Assembly (NCBI GenBank): GCA_951406725.2
Contig: OX597820.1
Span: forward strand, 39,866,001 to 39,930,000
Origin: Octopus vulgaris
Lineage: Eukaryota
Reading direction: 5' to 3'
Length of the DNA: 64,000 nucleotides
Under the pieces are notes generated by a model, which was not told the origin of the DNA, did no database searches, and saw only the letters and a list, made by a program, of their open reading frames with translations. A program made the position numbers and the translations under genes. This document shows positions 41,278 through 55,620 of the stretch, in pieces. How positions within the stretch are numbered: position 1 is the first letter of the stretch; each line of letters starts with the position of its first letter.

Positions 41278-41281
<4 letters not shown>
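40813..41281. repeat. Direct repeat of ~110 bp with ~357-bp spacing
   Basis: TTGTGTCGTATAGCCA.CTGGAAACGAT...GGGACTG.CACAT...GTTGGCAAAA at 40822 and 41178. Confidence 0.85.
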
Positions 41282-41338
<57 letters not shown>

Positions 41339-41434
41339 TACACACACACACAATTATTTGAGGGAACAAAATCCAAACTTACAAGGAACAAATTCAATTT
41401 AGAAATACTAAATCAAATTTCACACAATATAATA

Positions 41435-41931
41435 TATATATAAAAAATTAGAAAATAACACACCTTTCATCAATTCAAAATGAACAATTAAATTACACCA
41501 TATAGAATATTACATATAACAGAAATATTAAAATCAAAATAACAATAAAATGTCAACGATTAAGTAAATTGCAAAAAATAATAATAAAAACGTATATAAT
41601 AAACCTATTATATACGTTTTTATTATTATTTTTTGCAATTTATTTAATCATTGACATTTTGTTGTTATTTTAATTTTAATATTTCTATTATATGTAAGTT
41701 TTTAGATGGTGTAATTTAATTACTCTTTTACTCTTTTACTTGTTTCAGTCATTTGACTGCGGCCATGCTGGAGCACCTCATGTAGTCGAGCAAATCGACC
41801 CCGGGACTTACTCTTTGTAAGCCCAGTACTTATTCTATCGGTCTGTTTTGCCGAACGGCTAAGTTACGGGGATGTAAACACACCAGCGTTGGTTGTTAAG
41901 CAATGCTAGGGGGACAATCACAAACACACAA

Positions 41932-42006
<75 letters not shown>

Positions 42007-42222
42007 TACGACAGGCTTCTTTCAGTTTTCGTCTACCAAATCCACTCACAAGGCATTGGTCGTCCCGGCGCTATAGCAGAAGACACTTGCCCAAGATGCC
42101 ATGCAGTGGAACTGAACCCGGAACCATGTGGTTGGTTAGCAAGCTACTTAACACACAGCCACTCCTGCGCCTATTGTTCATTTTGAATTGATAAAAGGCG
42201 TTTTTTTTCTAATTTTATACAT
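41435..42222. repeat. ~170-bp-arm palindrome centred near 41602, right arm split by a SINE
   Basis: AAAAACGTATATAATA-AACC-TATTATATACGTTTTT centre; right arm 41605-41721 resumes at 42172. Confidence 0.85.
41722..42171 (-). mobile_element. SINE family B, full length
   Basis: Minus-strand head GGCGCAGGAGTGGCTGTGTG and (GAGTAAAA)n tail. Confidence 0.9.
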
Positions 42223-43324
42223 ATATATAGTCATGGGATAAAAGAAAAGCAACCAAATTATCCAGTCATATAGGGTCCTTAAAAGAAAAAGGTGTCAATT
42301 ACAACATCCATTGGAAGATCTAAGCCAAATGTAAGCCTTACACCAACGGCAGTGGAAAGTGCGGTCTTTGTGATATGGAAAGATGGCTCATCTGGAAAAG
42401 CAGCTTAGACCCCGCTACATGTCTAAATTCAAGAACTGATCTTTTTGGATCGTATCCATATATGGCTAAATATTTGTAACGTTTTTGGTTCCCCCAAGAC
42501 CATAGATAGAACCTGATTTTTATATTGTGTCCACGTACAAGCATTTTTTAAAAAATTTAAATTTTTTTTACATATTTTTATGCATATTTTTATATATTTT
42601 ATTGCTTTAGATATATTTTTACATATTTTTTCTGTATAATACATTTCACCCTGAATGATTTGTTCATGTGCGTATATAGACGTGTATATGAACATATTCG
42701 TGCGCGTATGGGTGTATATACGTGTATGTGTGAGCGTGTGAGAGGGTATGAATGTGTGTACATGTGCATGGTTGCATATATATATATATGGGTGTGCATG
42801 CATGTGTTTCACGCGAGTGTGAGTGAGTATATGCATATATAGCATATGCGTATATAGACGTGTTTATGAATATAACTGTGCGCGTATGGGTATGTCTATG
42901 TGTGTACGTGTACGTGTGTGTACTTGTGTGCTTATATGTATATGTGTACATGTGTATGGTTGCATATATATGTGTACATATAGGCGTGTGTGGGGTGTGC
43001 ATCTGTGTGCTTCGCGCGAGTGTGAGTGAGCATATGTATATAGGCACATATACATTGTTGTGCGTGCGTGTATGTGTATTCATGTACATGCACGCATACA
43101 CGAATTCTGTGAGCGTTTTTTACTTTCTTCCCTTCCGTTTTTTCACTTTATTTAACGGTCATTTTCGTAGAATTTTTGTTTGTCTTAATAACTGACGTGA
43201 TGCCGGAGAAGATTTCCGCCCCGACATCCGAAACTCGGAGTTTCATTATAGCAACCGAATAATTGTCACATATTATATTACAGATATATATATGTGTGTA
43301 TGTGTGTGTGCGTGCTTGTGTGTA

Positions 43325-43505
43325 TCTGTCCCCAAACTCACGCTTGACAACCGATGTTGGTGTGTTCACGTCCCAGTAAATTAGCGGTTCGGCAAAAGAG
43401 ACCGATAGAATAAGTACTAGGCTTACAAAGAATAAGTCTTTAGCTCGATTTGTTCGACTAAAGGCGATGCTCCAGTGTAGCCGCAGTCAAATGACAAACA
43501 AATAA
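43325..43505 (+). mobile_element. SINE family B, 3' half
   Basis: CGCTTGACAACCGATGTTGG...GCCGCAGTCAAATGAC. Confidence 0.8.
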
Positions 43506-43524
43506 ATGAATATATATATATTTT

Positions 43525-44072
43525 TTTTCTACTCTAGGCACAAGACCCGAAATTTTTTGGGAGGATGCCAGTCGATCAGATCGACCCCAGCACGCAACTG
43601 GTACTTAATTTATCGGCATGTAAAGCATACATGACCTCGGCTGAATTTGAACTCAGAACGTAAAGACAGATGAATTACCTATTTCTTTACTATCCACAAG
43701 GAGCTAAACACAGAGAGGACAAACGGATTAGGTCGATTATATTGACCCCAGTGCGTAACTGGTACTTATTTAATGAAAGGATAAAAGGCAAAGTCGACCT
43801 CGGCAGAATTTGAACTCAGAACGTAGCGGCAGACGAAATACCTATTTCTTTACTACCCACAAGGGGCTAATCATAGAGTGGACAAACAAGGACAGACAAA
43901 CAGATGAAATCGATTACATCGACCCCAGTGCGTAACTGTACTTAATTTACCGACCCCGAAAGGATGAAAGGCTAAGTTGACCTCGGCAGAATTTGAACTC
44001 AAAAGGTAAAGACAGACGAAATATGGTTACGCATTTCGTCCGGCGTGCTAACGTTTCTGCCAGCTCGCCACC
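43525..44072 (-). mobile_element. SINE family A, tandem trimer with a single head
   Basis: Three GACCTCGGC.GAATTTGAACTC units joined at CCTATTTCTTTACTA. Confidence 0.85.
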
Positions 44073-44375
44073 TTAATATATGTATATTATATATACACAT
44101 GTGTCTTCGTATGTATGTATGTATGTATGTATGTATGTATGTATGTATGTATGTATGTATGTATGTATGTGTGTATATAATAAGCCAAAACAAAAGAAGT
44201 TCGAGAATATAAGTTTTTCCCATTCTTTGACACCTGTTTTGTTATGTTTATCCACTGACACCGAATCTTTCAATGCACAAATAAGTATATAGATGCGAAA
44301 ACATTAATATATTGATAGAATTGTGCTGCAAGGAATTAAATTCTCTCTCTCTGTCTCTCTGTATATATATATATA

Positions 44376-44462
<87 letters not shown>

Positions 44463-44546
44463 TAGATACATAGATACATATATAATATATAATTGTATAC
44501 ATACATATATATGTATACATATATATATATGTGTGTGTGTGTGTGT

Positions 44547-44844
44547 GGAGGCGCAATGGCCCAGTGCTTAGGGCAGCGTTCGTAGGATCGCGCTTCCGAT
44601 TCCCAGACCGGGCGTTGTGAGTGTTTATTGGGCGAAAACTCCTAAAGCTCCACGAGGCTCCGACATGGAGTGGTGGTGATCAGTGCTGTACACTTTCGCC
44701 ACAACTTTCTCTCACTATTTCTTCCGTTGGCTGGCTCGCTTAGCCAGTGGGGTGGCGTCATTGGAAGTCTAAAACAATGCGAAGCGCATTGTGACCAGCG
44801 ATGTGTAGCAACATCTGATATCCTGGTCGGTCACGGTGATCACG
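44547..44844 (+). mobile_element. SINE family C
   Basis: Homologous to 4643-4953. Confidence 0.85.
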
Positions 44845-44964
44845 CTAACATATATATATATATTAAGTATTGGTGTATTTTATCTTTAATCTTTTACTTG
44901 TTGCAACCATAAGACAACGAATTATTAGTCGAGTGAATCGAAGCCAGTACTTATATTTTGTTAT

Positions 44965-45125
44965 ATATGCGACGGGATTCTTTCAGTTTCGGTCTACCAA
45001 ATTTGCTCAAAACGTTTGGTCGGCCCGAGGTTATTTTAGAAGTCACTTGCCCAACATACAACACAGACAAGCTGAACTAGCAACCATCTGGCTGGGGAGC
45101 AAGCTTCTTACTTCACAGCCACGCC
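44965..45125 (-). mobile_element. SINE family B, degenerate 5' half
   Basis: GACGGG.TTCTTTCAGTTTC...CACTTGCCCAA...CACAGCCAC. Confidence 0.65.
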
Positions 45126-45169
45126 AGCAAAATATACTTATATATGTATATGCATATATATATATATAA

Positions 45170-45250
<81 letters not shown>

Positions 45251-45273
45251 AGTGTGAGGTACTGTGTCAATTG

Positions 45274-45500
45274 AGGCGGCGAGCTGGCAGAAACTTTAGC
45301 GCACCGGGCGAAATGTTTAGCGGTATTTCGTCTGTCACGTTCTGAGTTCAAATTCCGCCGAGGTCGACTTCGCCTTTCATCCTTTTGGTGTCGATAATTA
45401 AAATACCAGTTACGTAATGGGGCCGATGTAATCGGCTTAATCTATTTCTCTGTCCTTGTTTGTCCCCTCTATGTTTATCCCCTTATGGGCAATAAAGAAA
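45274..45500 (+). mobile_element. SINE family A
   Basis: GGCGGCGAGCTGGCAGAAAC...GGGCAATAAAGAAA. Confidence 0.85.
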
Positions 45501-45505
45501 CACAC

Positions 45506-45537
<32 letters not shown>

Positions 45538-46013
45538 GTACATGCATTGACATATGGACATACTCACAGACACAATGGACAAAAACTGTACTCCCCCTCC
45601 CCACACACACACAAACATACACACACACACACAGACGTATTTTTATGTACAAAACATAACAATCAGTCCTTAGATGGTCTGTCTTTGCAACAAACAGAAA
45701 GAATAGACATTCCTTAATATCCCTTCTTTCATTGCACCCTGATTTCATTTCCATTTTTTTACCCTCCCGTGTTTTTCCTAGGAATTTATCTACATCCATC
45801 ATTCTACCATATTCGTTTTCCTCTTTTCCATCCCCTTTATTCTACAATTTATTGATAATCTTCTGCTCCTCCCAACTCTCTCTCTCTCTTCCTAAAGCCG
45901 TTCATCTGAACGATCCAATTTTTATCTATTGAGTCGGAATATCGTTTTATTTATTAAAAGTTTTGTTTGTATTTAACGCCTTCGTTTGTTACGTTTATGT
46001 GTGCTCGAGCGTA

Positions 46014-46057
<44 letters not shown>

Positions 46058-46210
46058 AACATACACATATATACATAAACACGCATATATAGACATGCTC
46101 TCATACCCACAAGCATTAACGAAGATACATATGCACTGGCACTCGATATCTGTCTACCTCTCATCACACAAATGTATACACATATTCATATAGTTGTGTA
46201 TATATGTATG

Positions 46211-46292
<82 letters not shown>

Positions 46293-46576
46293 TGTATGTA
46301 TATACCAATAAAAAGACAAAGAAAAATCTTTAACACACACACACGCATACATATATATGTATAGATAGATATATAAATATATATATATATATAAAGAGAG
46401 AGAGAGAGAGAGACGCTCACACATGCATTATGCCTAAACACAATGTATATATATATGTTCACACACGTGTACACACACACACATATACATGTATTATATA
46501 TATATATATTATATATATATACAGACAGACGCATATATACATCCACACGTATATATATATATATATATACATACAC

Positions 46577-46609
<33 letters not shown>

Positions 46610-46843
46610 TATATATACACACACACACACACATGTATATATATGCGTGTGTGTATGTATGCATAAGAATATTGTGTTGATACCTGTATATACATGTGCC
46701 TGTGTGAGTAAGTATATGTCCGCAAACATGTTTGTACTCCCAGTCTTCAATTGTTTTGTCTTAGATCTGTGTCTTATATATTTGTTTTTAAATTTTTGTT
46801 TCAATTATATATACAAGCACATATAGCCATATGTATATGTATG

Positions 46844-46902
<59 letters not shown>

Positions 46903-47718
46903 TCATAGATATGTATGTATAATTTTTAATTTTGATTCATTTCTTGTTGTTTCTCAATTCTTCCTTTAACATCAACATTCTGAGAGACCATTTTCTGTTC
47001 ACTGTATTTATTTATTTATATATTTACTAAATTATTGTACTATTGTTGTTTTCTTTTGGGAGTTGTTGATGATGTTATTGCTATTATTGTATTTCTCTTT
47101 ATTCTCCCTCTCTTCCTCCTCTTCTTCTTCTTCTTCTTCTTTTTTTTCTTCTTCTTCTTCTTCTTTTTCTTTTTCTTCCGCATCTTTTTCTTCATCTTCT
47201 CCATCTCCTTCTCCTCTTCCTCCTCCTGTTTCTTCCTCTCCAGCTTCCTCTCGTCCTTTTGCTTTTATTTTCTTTGTCTCTCACCACACCTCTCTCTCCT
47301 CCCTCTTTTCACTTCGTTGTTGCCAATTTATAAAGCTAATGTGAATTTTACCTTCCGGGAACCACTACGCATTTCCTCAATCCGTCGTCAATGTATTTTT
47401 CTTGCCTAATATTTTACACTGTTTGTACCAACCCACTTCATACTTCATCTCTATTCTTTCAATGTTTCTCTATTTCCCTCTCTTTCACGTTCACGCTCTT
47501 TCGTTCCATCTTACACACACTTTCTCTCTCACTGATTCTCAGAACACACTTTCCCTCACTCTCTCTATCTTATACATTTTCTCTCGCTCTCATTTTCTCA
47601 TATCGTTTTCTTGTTTCTCCTTATTATCTCTGTCTATCACTCATTTATTCACACTCAACTTGCTTTCATACAACACAAACTATCATTAATTTTTTCCCCC
47701 TTACAAATACATATGCAA

Positions 47719-47780
<62 letters not shown>

Positions 47781-47810
47781 GTATATACAAACACATATCG
47801 ATAAATATAC

Positions 47811-47856
<46 letters not shown>

Positions 47857-47952
47857 GTAATTGCCTGTTTCTCTCATTCTCTTTCCCCACGTATGCTCAC
47901 AAATATACATGGTATCTATGTACATTCATGCATACATACATTCCTTCATACA

Positions 47953-47999
<47 letters not shown>

Positions 48000-48068
48000 G
48001 TACATATATATATGTATGTATATACTTATATGTATATATATATATAGTTATATATATATATATATATA

Positions 48069-48106
<38 letters not shown>

Positions 48107-48270
48107 TATGTGTGTATGTATGTATATAAGAATATTTATGCGAAACCTTGTGTGTATGTGAATGTGTGAATTTCTCTATGCCTCATTTTCTGAGACGTAT
48201 ATAGAAAGAAGAAAGCACAAATTCAAATTTAGAGGCGAGTTAAAACACGCATACATACAAACAAGCACCG

Positions 48271-48313
<43 letters not shown>

Positions 48314-48897
48314 CGGTGTGGATGTGTAAGAATGCATACATATATGTGTGCGTTACTTGGTATAGGCGTGTATACATTAGTACATAATGTTTTCCCTTCT
48401 CTCTATATATGTCTTTCCTTTCACTTTTCCTAAATCTTTGTCATTCTCTCAATCTATTTCCTTCCTATCTTCGTCTCTGGTGTCTCTCTATAACGCAGTA
48501 TTTAGCGCTCTTTTACTCACGCTCTCTTTCTCTCTCTTTATCTATCTCTCTCTCACCCCAATTCCACCTACACACTATCACTCTAAGTTTCACCGCATAT
48601 TTTCTTTCACAATATCCACCGCGTTTCACACATTTATAATCAACTTCCTCTTTTTCATACACCTCTCTAATTCTAAATTGCCTTTGTCTTTCTTTCATAT
48701 CATCATTTTCTCTTTCTGTCTCTCTGTATCTCTCTCGCTCTTATTCTCTTTTTCTCTCTCCGTCCCTCCTGCCACATCTCTCTTCATTTTATCTACATTT
48801 CAATTTATCTTTCTGTATAACCTCATGTGTATATATTCGAAATGCCTTTATCTGAATAATCGAGGGAAAAATTAGTTCAACTGAAAAGTTGCGTCTT

Positions 48898-48913
48898 CTG
48901 CCCTCTGGTGGCG
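48898..48913 (-). promoter_or_regulatory. CTCF-like core motif
   Basis: Minus strand CGCCACCAGAGGGCAG fits CCASYAGRKGGCRS and lies in a non-repetitive island. Confidence 0.45.
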
Positions 48914-49655
48914 GATAAGATGAAACAGCATCGACAATAGAAATGAGAAACATTTCACTAACTGGGAATTTTGTTCTGTTTTGTAACAGTGAAAATGGAG
49001 GTGGGCAAATAATAAGGGAGGTAAATAGAAGGAAGTGAGGGAAGATGGTTGGGAGGAAAAAGGAAGGGGTATAGACAAAGTAGTGAGTGAAAGACGACGA
49101 AAGAGAGAGAGAGAGAGAGAGGGGGGGGGATAGAGGGGTGTTGAGGGGAAGGAGTAGGGTTTTTTTACAACATAATACATCCGTTGCAATAGAATAAGGA
49201 AGGTGTCGATTATGGCGATAATATTAACAACAACAACAACAACAACAACGACAATAATGATAATAATAGCAATAATAATAACAATAACAACATCAATAAT
49301 AATAATAATGATAATAACAATAAAAGCAACAACAACAACAACAACAATAATAATAATAAAAAATAAACATAGCAACAATAAAAACAACACCACTAACACC
49401 ATTAACAACAGCAACAACAACAACAACAAGAGAAACAGCAACAACTAAAAAACAAAGGAAACAACAACGGTAGTAATGAAAATAGCAATTAAAATAGAAA
49501 TAGCAATGAAAATATTAAAATTGATTATTATAGTGACAGTGGTTGTCTTGACGATAATGCGATAATGCTGGTGATTTTTATTAATATTATTACTATTATT
49601 ATCATTATTTTTATTATTATTATTTTTATTATTATTATTATCATTATTATTATTA

Positions 49656-49703
<48 letters not shown>

Positions 49704-49898
49704 GTGGTAGTAGTAGTAGTGGTATTGTTATTATTATTATTGTTGTCGTCATCATCGTCATCATCATAGCCATCATCATTATCATCATTCTCCTCCTCAT
49801 CCCCCTCCTCCTCCTCCTCATCATCATCATTATTATTATTATTAAGATGGAGGAGGATGGCAACGATGAGGGGTAGAATCACGTCGCATTTGTAAGTG

Positions 49899-49935
<37 letters not shown>

Positions 49936-50250
49936 TATCAACATCATCATCATCATCATCAACAGTAGCAGCAGCGGCAAAAGCTGCAGTACCATGATAA
50001 TTATGAGTATAATTCTTATTAATATTGTTATTTTCTTTGCTGCATGCTGTTGCTAGTTTTTAACTTTTTACATTATCATTAGCGTTATTAAATCTTCTTC
50101 TTCTTCGGCTTCTTCTTCTTCTATTTCTTCTTCTACTTCTCCTTCTCCTTCTTCTTCTTCTTCTTCTTCTTCTTCTTCTTCTTCTTCTTCTTCTTCTTCT
50201 TCTTCTTCTTCTTCGTCTTCTTGATGTTGCTGCTGCTGCTGCTGCTGCTG

Positions 50251-50320
<70 letters not shown>

Positions 50321-50390
50321 CACCACCATCAGCAGCAGCATTGTCATCGTTATTATCATCATCATCATCATCATCATCATTATCATCATT

Positions 50391-50464
<74 letters not shown>

Positions 50465-53400
50465 CATTGTTGTTGTGTTGTTGTTGCTGCTGCTGCCGCC
50501 GCTGCTGCAGCTACCACTACTACTATTGCTAGCAATAGTATTGGCATGATAATACCGATGATCTAGAATATCAAGATGGCAAAGTGATGATGATGATGAT
50601 GATGATGCGGAGCAGAAGGAGGAGAAGAAGGAATAGGAGGGGGGATGAGGCGTGTGGTGATGATCAACGACAATTATAGAATGATAATAGAAACATTAGG
50701 TTATAGAATTCTTGTACGATACCAAGTGTATTAAATTATTAAGTTATCGCTAAAATATAAATAAAATTGGACTGCCGTTTTGGCAGCTTAAAACATTAAG
50801 TTTAGAGAAAATTTATTAATTCATTTATTACTACATTTTTGCTGTTGTTTTTGTTGTTATTGTTGCTCCAAATTTTTGTTTCGATAATCTACTGGAACAG
50901 CTCAACTTCCGATGTTAAATTGTTTCCCTTGAGAAAAAGGTATCAACTTTATTCAATGGCTTTCTGTTTTGTATTGCTATTTTTTTTTTATCTCTTCCAT
51001 TCAAGTTTTGTTAGAAATTATAATTTGATTACTAATTTTGAATTCGTCTGGAGTCTAATTTAGCTTTCATCTCTCTAAGATTGATCGATTAGATACCAGT
51101 AATTTACTATGAGAATAAATACGGATCTGCTCTAACGAGTCATAATGGGGTGTTCTTTCTGCTTTTTTTCTTCTTAAAAGAACTGTAGCAAATAAAAGTA
51201 ATCGAAGAAATGACAAAGCTGCAATCGTTCTTGGTCGTGAACTTCTTCATATTTATCATCGTCGCGGTACATATTCATTTTGCTCCACCTTGTCTTTGTC
51301 AACCCCATCTTCCTCCCCCACTCCTCCTCCTCCTCATCATCATCATTATAATCATCATGAACCCCATCCTCATTCCCGTCCTCATTAACGTCGTCAATTT
51401 CTACTTTCACATCATCATCATTATCATCGTGGCAGATACCAATGATCATCACCATCACTCTCAGATATAACGATGATAATGATGATGATGATGACAATGA
51501 CGATGATGATGATGAGGATGATGATGATGATGATCATCATCATCCTCATCATCATCGCTGTCGTCGTTCCACCACATCCACCATTCCGCTGTCGTCGTCG
51601 CCGTCTTTGCTATCATAATCATCGTCGTCATCATCGTTACCCCTACTTCTGCACCACTACCATCCTCCTCTTCCTCCTCCTCATCATCGTCATCAACGTC
51701 ATCATGATCACCATCATCATCATCACCATCACCAACACCACCACCATCATCATCATCATCATCATCGTCGTCGTCGTCGTCGTCGTCGCCATCATCATCA
51801 TCGTCAATGTTATTCGTCAAAAGGAATTATTTCAATTATTTAGTAAAAATTAGATGGCAGTGAAACCACAATTTACGTGATTACCATCACTGATATGTTA
51901 CAACCAAGAAGAAAATCATGTGTAAAGACGAATAGTAGATAATACCGGTGACATGAGGACGACTTTTAAAGGATAGGAATTATTGTTGCTCGATTCAACC
52001 TCAGTATATTGTTGATGTTTTGAGATGGAATAAAATCATGCAAAATGAACACAATCAGGGTGAATTCTACTTATATCTGGGCCAAGGGGGCAAGCTTCGA
52101 CGCAATAGTTCGATTGTTGAGGCAAGGTCTAATATCGTAAAAAAACATAAATAAAGAAGGTCATATTGGATAATGTGGTAGACAATGTGTCGTTCTTGAA
52201 AATAGATCTATCGGTTCGTAGCTTGATTGCATTTGGTATAATAGAACGGCTACTTCGTGCGGGATGACATAAAAATAAACAAGAACATTAAAAAATTAAT
52301 ATCATCATCGTCATCAACAGCGTCATCATCTTCTGCGTCGTTGTCGTCGACATCCTACTCCTCCTTCACTTCCTCATTATCATTATCATCATTCGTTGTC
52401 ATCATCATCATCATCATCATCAACGTCATCCTCATCGTCATCATCATCATCATCGTTATTATCATTATCGTGGTCATCATCGTCGTCATCAACATCATAA
52501 TCGACGACGTCGTTTTCCTCATCGTCCTCATCATCTCTATCATCTTCTGCATCGTCATCGCCGCTTCATCATCATCACCGTCAACACCACCACCACTATT
52601 TTCATGAACGTCTGGGATGACACTGGGGCCAAACTATATCGAACCAAATTTATTGATGTGGAGAAGGGAGATTTCATAAATGAGCAACTGCAAACCTTGT
52701 TCAAAATATGTTGCATCTTATCTAGGCCTGCACCTACATGTGCAGTTACACGGTCAGTGTTGTCTGAAGGATGCAATATAGTTTACAGATTTCAGAGATG
52801 GAAAATTCAAGTTTTGCGGAATGTTTACTTCATTATATATTTTCAACAGTGCGATGGTTTGACTCTAAAATACTCCTTTCTTTTGCAACAGCATTTGTAA
52901 ACAAACTCATTTATTTTGTTTTTAGAAGCGTCGAATGTCTATCGTATTTACAGAAAATAATGTAATACTTCAAGCGCAGTATGGCCGTAAAAGCAGCAGA
53001 AAGATTGTGTATTTTTACCTTTATAATGTATTTTTACCTTTATAAGGTGGCTGTCTGTTGATAGCTTTTTTCTCTTATGACGGTAATAAAACCCAATCTT
53101 TCTGCTGTTTTCACGACTATACTATATTCGAAATATTACATTCTTGTCTGTACAATACCATTTTCTTTTGTGTAGAACTATGGGCTTTCTTTTTACTTAA
53201 TGAGTGTATGAGGTCTCTTTTGCAGGAGCCGTGTACTGATGCAGAAAATGAGAGACATGCTATGAGCATTAGAGGCGTGGTATGAACTCTTGTCAAACAG
53301 TCGTTTCTCCTTAAGTCATGCAATGCCGAGCTGGTGTCATTAAGCTGAGAAACATATCAGCTCTGTCAATCAAGAACAGGCAATATTACCTTAAAAATTA

Positions 53401-54369
53401 ACTCACAGCTTTCGTTTACTTCATTTCATTGTAAATGTTTGAATCAACTCAAAGCTACGCTAGAAGACATGACACTTTCCCAAGATGTGTGTGCTGGGAT
53501 TGAAATCACAACAACGTGGATGGGAAATGAACTTCTTGACAAGACAGTAATTTCTGTGAACATCGTAACTAAACAACCAGGTTTTGCTAGTGTATAATAG
53601 TATAAACCTTCATTATATTGCCGATATTTGATTAAACAGCACACGATAGATGAATAGCAATGTTCTCCGCAAAGGAAAAAAGAAAACGATCGCTCTACAA
53701 CGGCATGAAGGATGAAAATATTATGAACAAGAAATCATTCCACCAAAGCTTATCGTTGTCCTCTATTGATACTGACAAATGCCAGAAACTGGCGTCATGC
53801 ATTCAAAGGATAGAATTAAAAATGGAACGAAATGGAGTTGAATCTGAAACATTTTAGTTCTGTCTCTAATGTATTGAATAAATAGATTCGACTTTGGGCA
53901 TGTGACTATCAAAGCAGCTTTAAGATAAGAAAACAGGTCTAAGAACGACGTGTTTCGAAATATTGATTCATTTCGTGGTAAGAGACACTCAGTTTGATGT
54001 ATTAGGGAATATTGCTGTGAGATAGCGAAACATTTATGTCCAAGGCCATTAGGAGTGTAATCGAAATACATTTCCATAATGGAGAATAAAAACCTCGTTG
54101 AGATCGTGCCAAAGAAGGGAGCAGCACCTTGGCATGAAGAACAAACAATAAAATAAAATGAAATGGTCCCCAAAAGAATGCCAACTATTATTACATTTAA
54201 AGGTGCCAATGATAACATTTGTTTCTGTAGTTTAAACTGACATATAATAGGCCTAGATTCTGTTAGCTATAATACTGAAAACTATCTACAAATGCATTAC
54301 AAATAATACAAAATCAGTCAGACATTCCTCGAATATATCCCTCTCCCCCAAAAGATTATTAAATATTCT

Positions 54370-54560
54370 TTCTACTATAGGCACGACGAAAAATTTGCGG
54401 AGGAGACTTATAGATTAAATCAACCACAGCGCGTAACTGGTACATATTTTATCGACCCCGAAAGGGTGAAAGGTAAAGTTATTTCGGCGAAATTTGAGTG
54501 CAAAATGTAAAGGCAAACGAAATGACAATTAACATTTATCGCGGCATAATAAAGATCGTG
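54370..54560 (-). mobile_element. SINE family A, degenerate
   Basis: TTTATCGACCCCGAAAGGGTGAAAGG central domain. Confidence 0.65.
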
Positions 54561-54631
54561 ACAGCTTGCTGTCTTTTTTGGACCATTAACTATCAGAGAG
54601 CAATTTACGAAGATAAGTCTTTGTGACAACT

Positions 54632-55620
54632 ACTACGGAGGTCAGCTGAAAAGTACATAAGTTGACCATGACACTCTCATGAAATGTGACCAAATGAGGT
54701 TTGTTTTCCCCCTTGCAATTCACTCACTTTTTCCATCAGTGTTGCAGTGCTTCGATCCCATTGGTGATCTAAAAACTCATCAACAGAATGTTTAGGAATA
54801 GATGATAATCAGTTGGAGCCAAATCAGGAGAAAAGGAAAGCTGATCAACCAATTCAAAACTACTATCATATACGGCAGCCATTGAAACCTAAAACTTGTA
54901 TGCTGGAGCATTATCTTAATGAAATAAGACCCCTTACGTCAGTTTTCTTGGGTAATTGAGTTTTATAGCCTTTCGTAAGTGCTTAAGCATGATGGCATAG
55001 TACTCCCCATTGATGGCGCATTACTTTTCAAGATATTCAAGAACAAAAATGCCTTTTGGATTCCCAAAGACTGAAGCCATAACTTTCCCTTCAAATAAAA
55101 CAATATTGGCCTTATTTGGAGCAGGCGAGGAGGGGGCGTTTCCACTGCATGGATTGTCTCTTTGTCTCTGACTGAACGAGATGAATCCAACCAGCTGGAT
55201 TTGCCTCAAACAATGTCAAATTTTCTCGTGATCTGATCAGCCTGGTGTACTTTTGATCAGGTGACAGAGGATATGGCAGCCACCGAACAGAAACATTTTG
55301 TCCTGGTATATACTAATAGCGTTAGCTATTTGATTTATACTGTCCTCCATCACCATGTGATGAACACGATCAATGTTTTTCTGCGTGGTTGCAGTTTCAG
55401 GACGACCAGACTTTAGGTCATCATTAAAACTCTCCATTCACCTCCTAAATTAAGTTTCCCGCTTTTACACTGTTGCTAAAGTTGGAGCGTTATCTTTTAA
55501 TTTAGTAACCATGCCTTTTTTGCAGGCACTTGGTAACAACACGATGCCAAATTTTGTCGACTATCAAAAGAAGTCGCTTCTAGTTACATTTGAAGTCAGA
55601 TGTCAATTTAGCTGAAAGGA
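54632..55620 (-). mobile_element. Degenerate mariner (DD34D) transposon
   Basis: DDLKSGRPETATT..NIDRVH, GKVMASVF...EYLEK, INGEYYA, FH*DNAPA, SPDLAPTDYHLF; TIR-like TACGGAGGTCAGCTGAAAAGT at ~54634. Confidence 0.82.

Noticed and set aside
47351-47405. Possible minus-strand micro-exon (QEKYIDDGLRKCVVVPG, AG|GTAAAA donor)
   Set aside because: No polypyrimidine tract, no recognisable homology and no partner exons.
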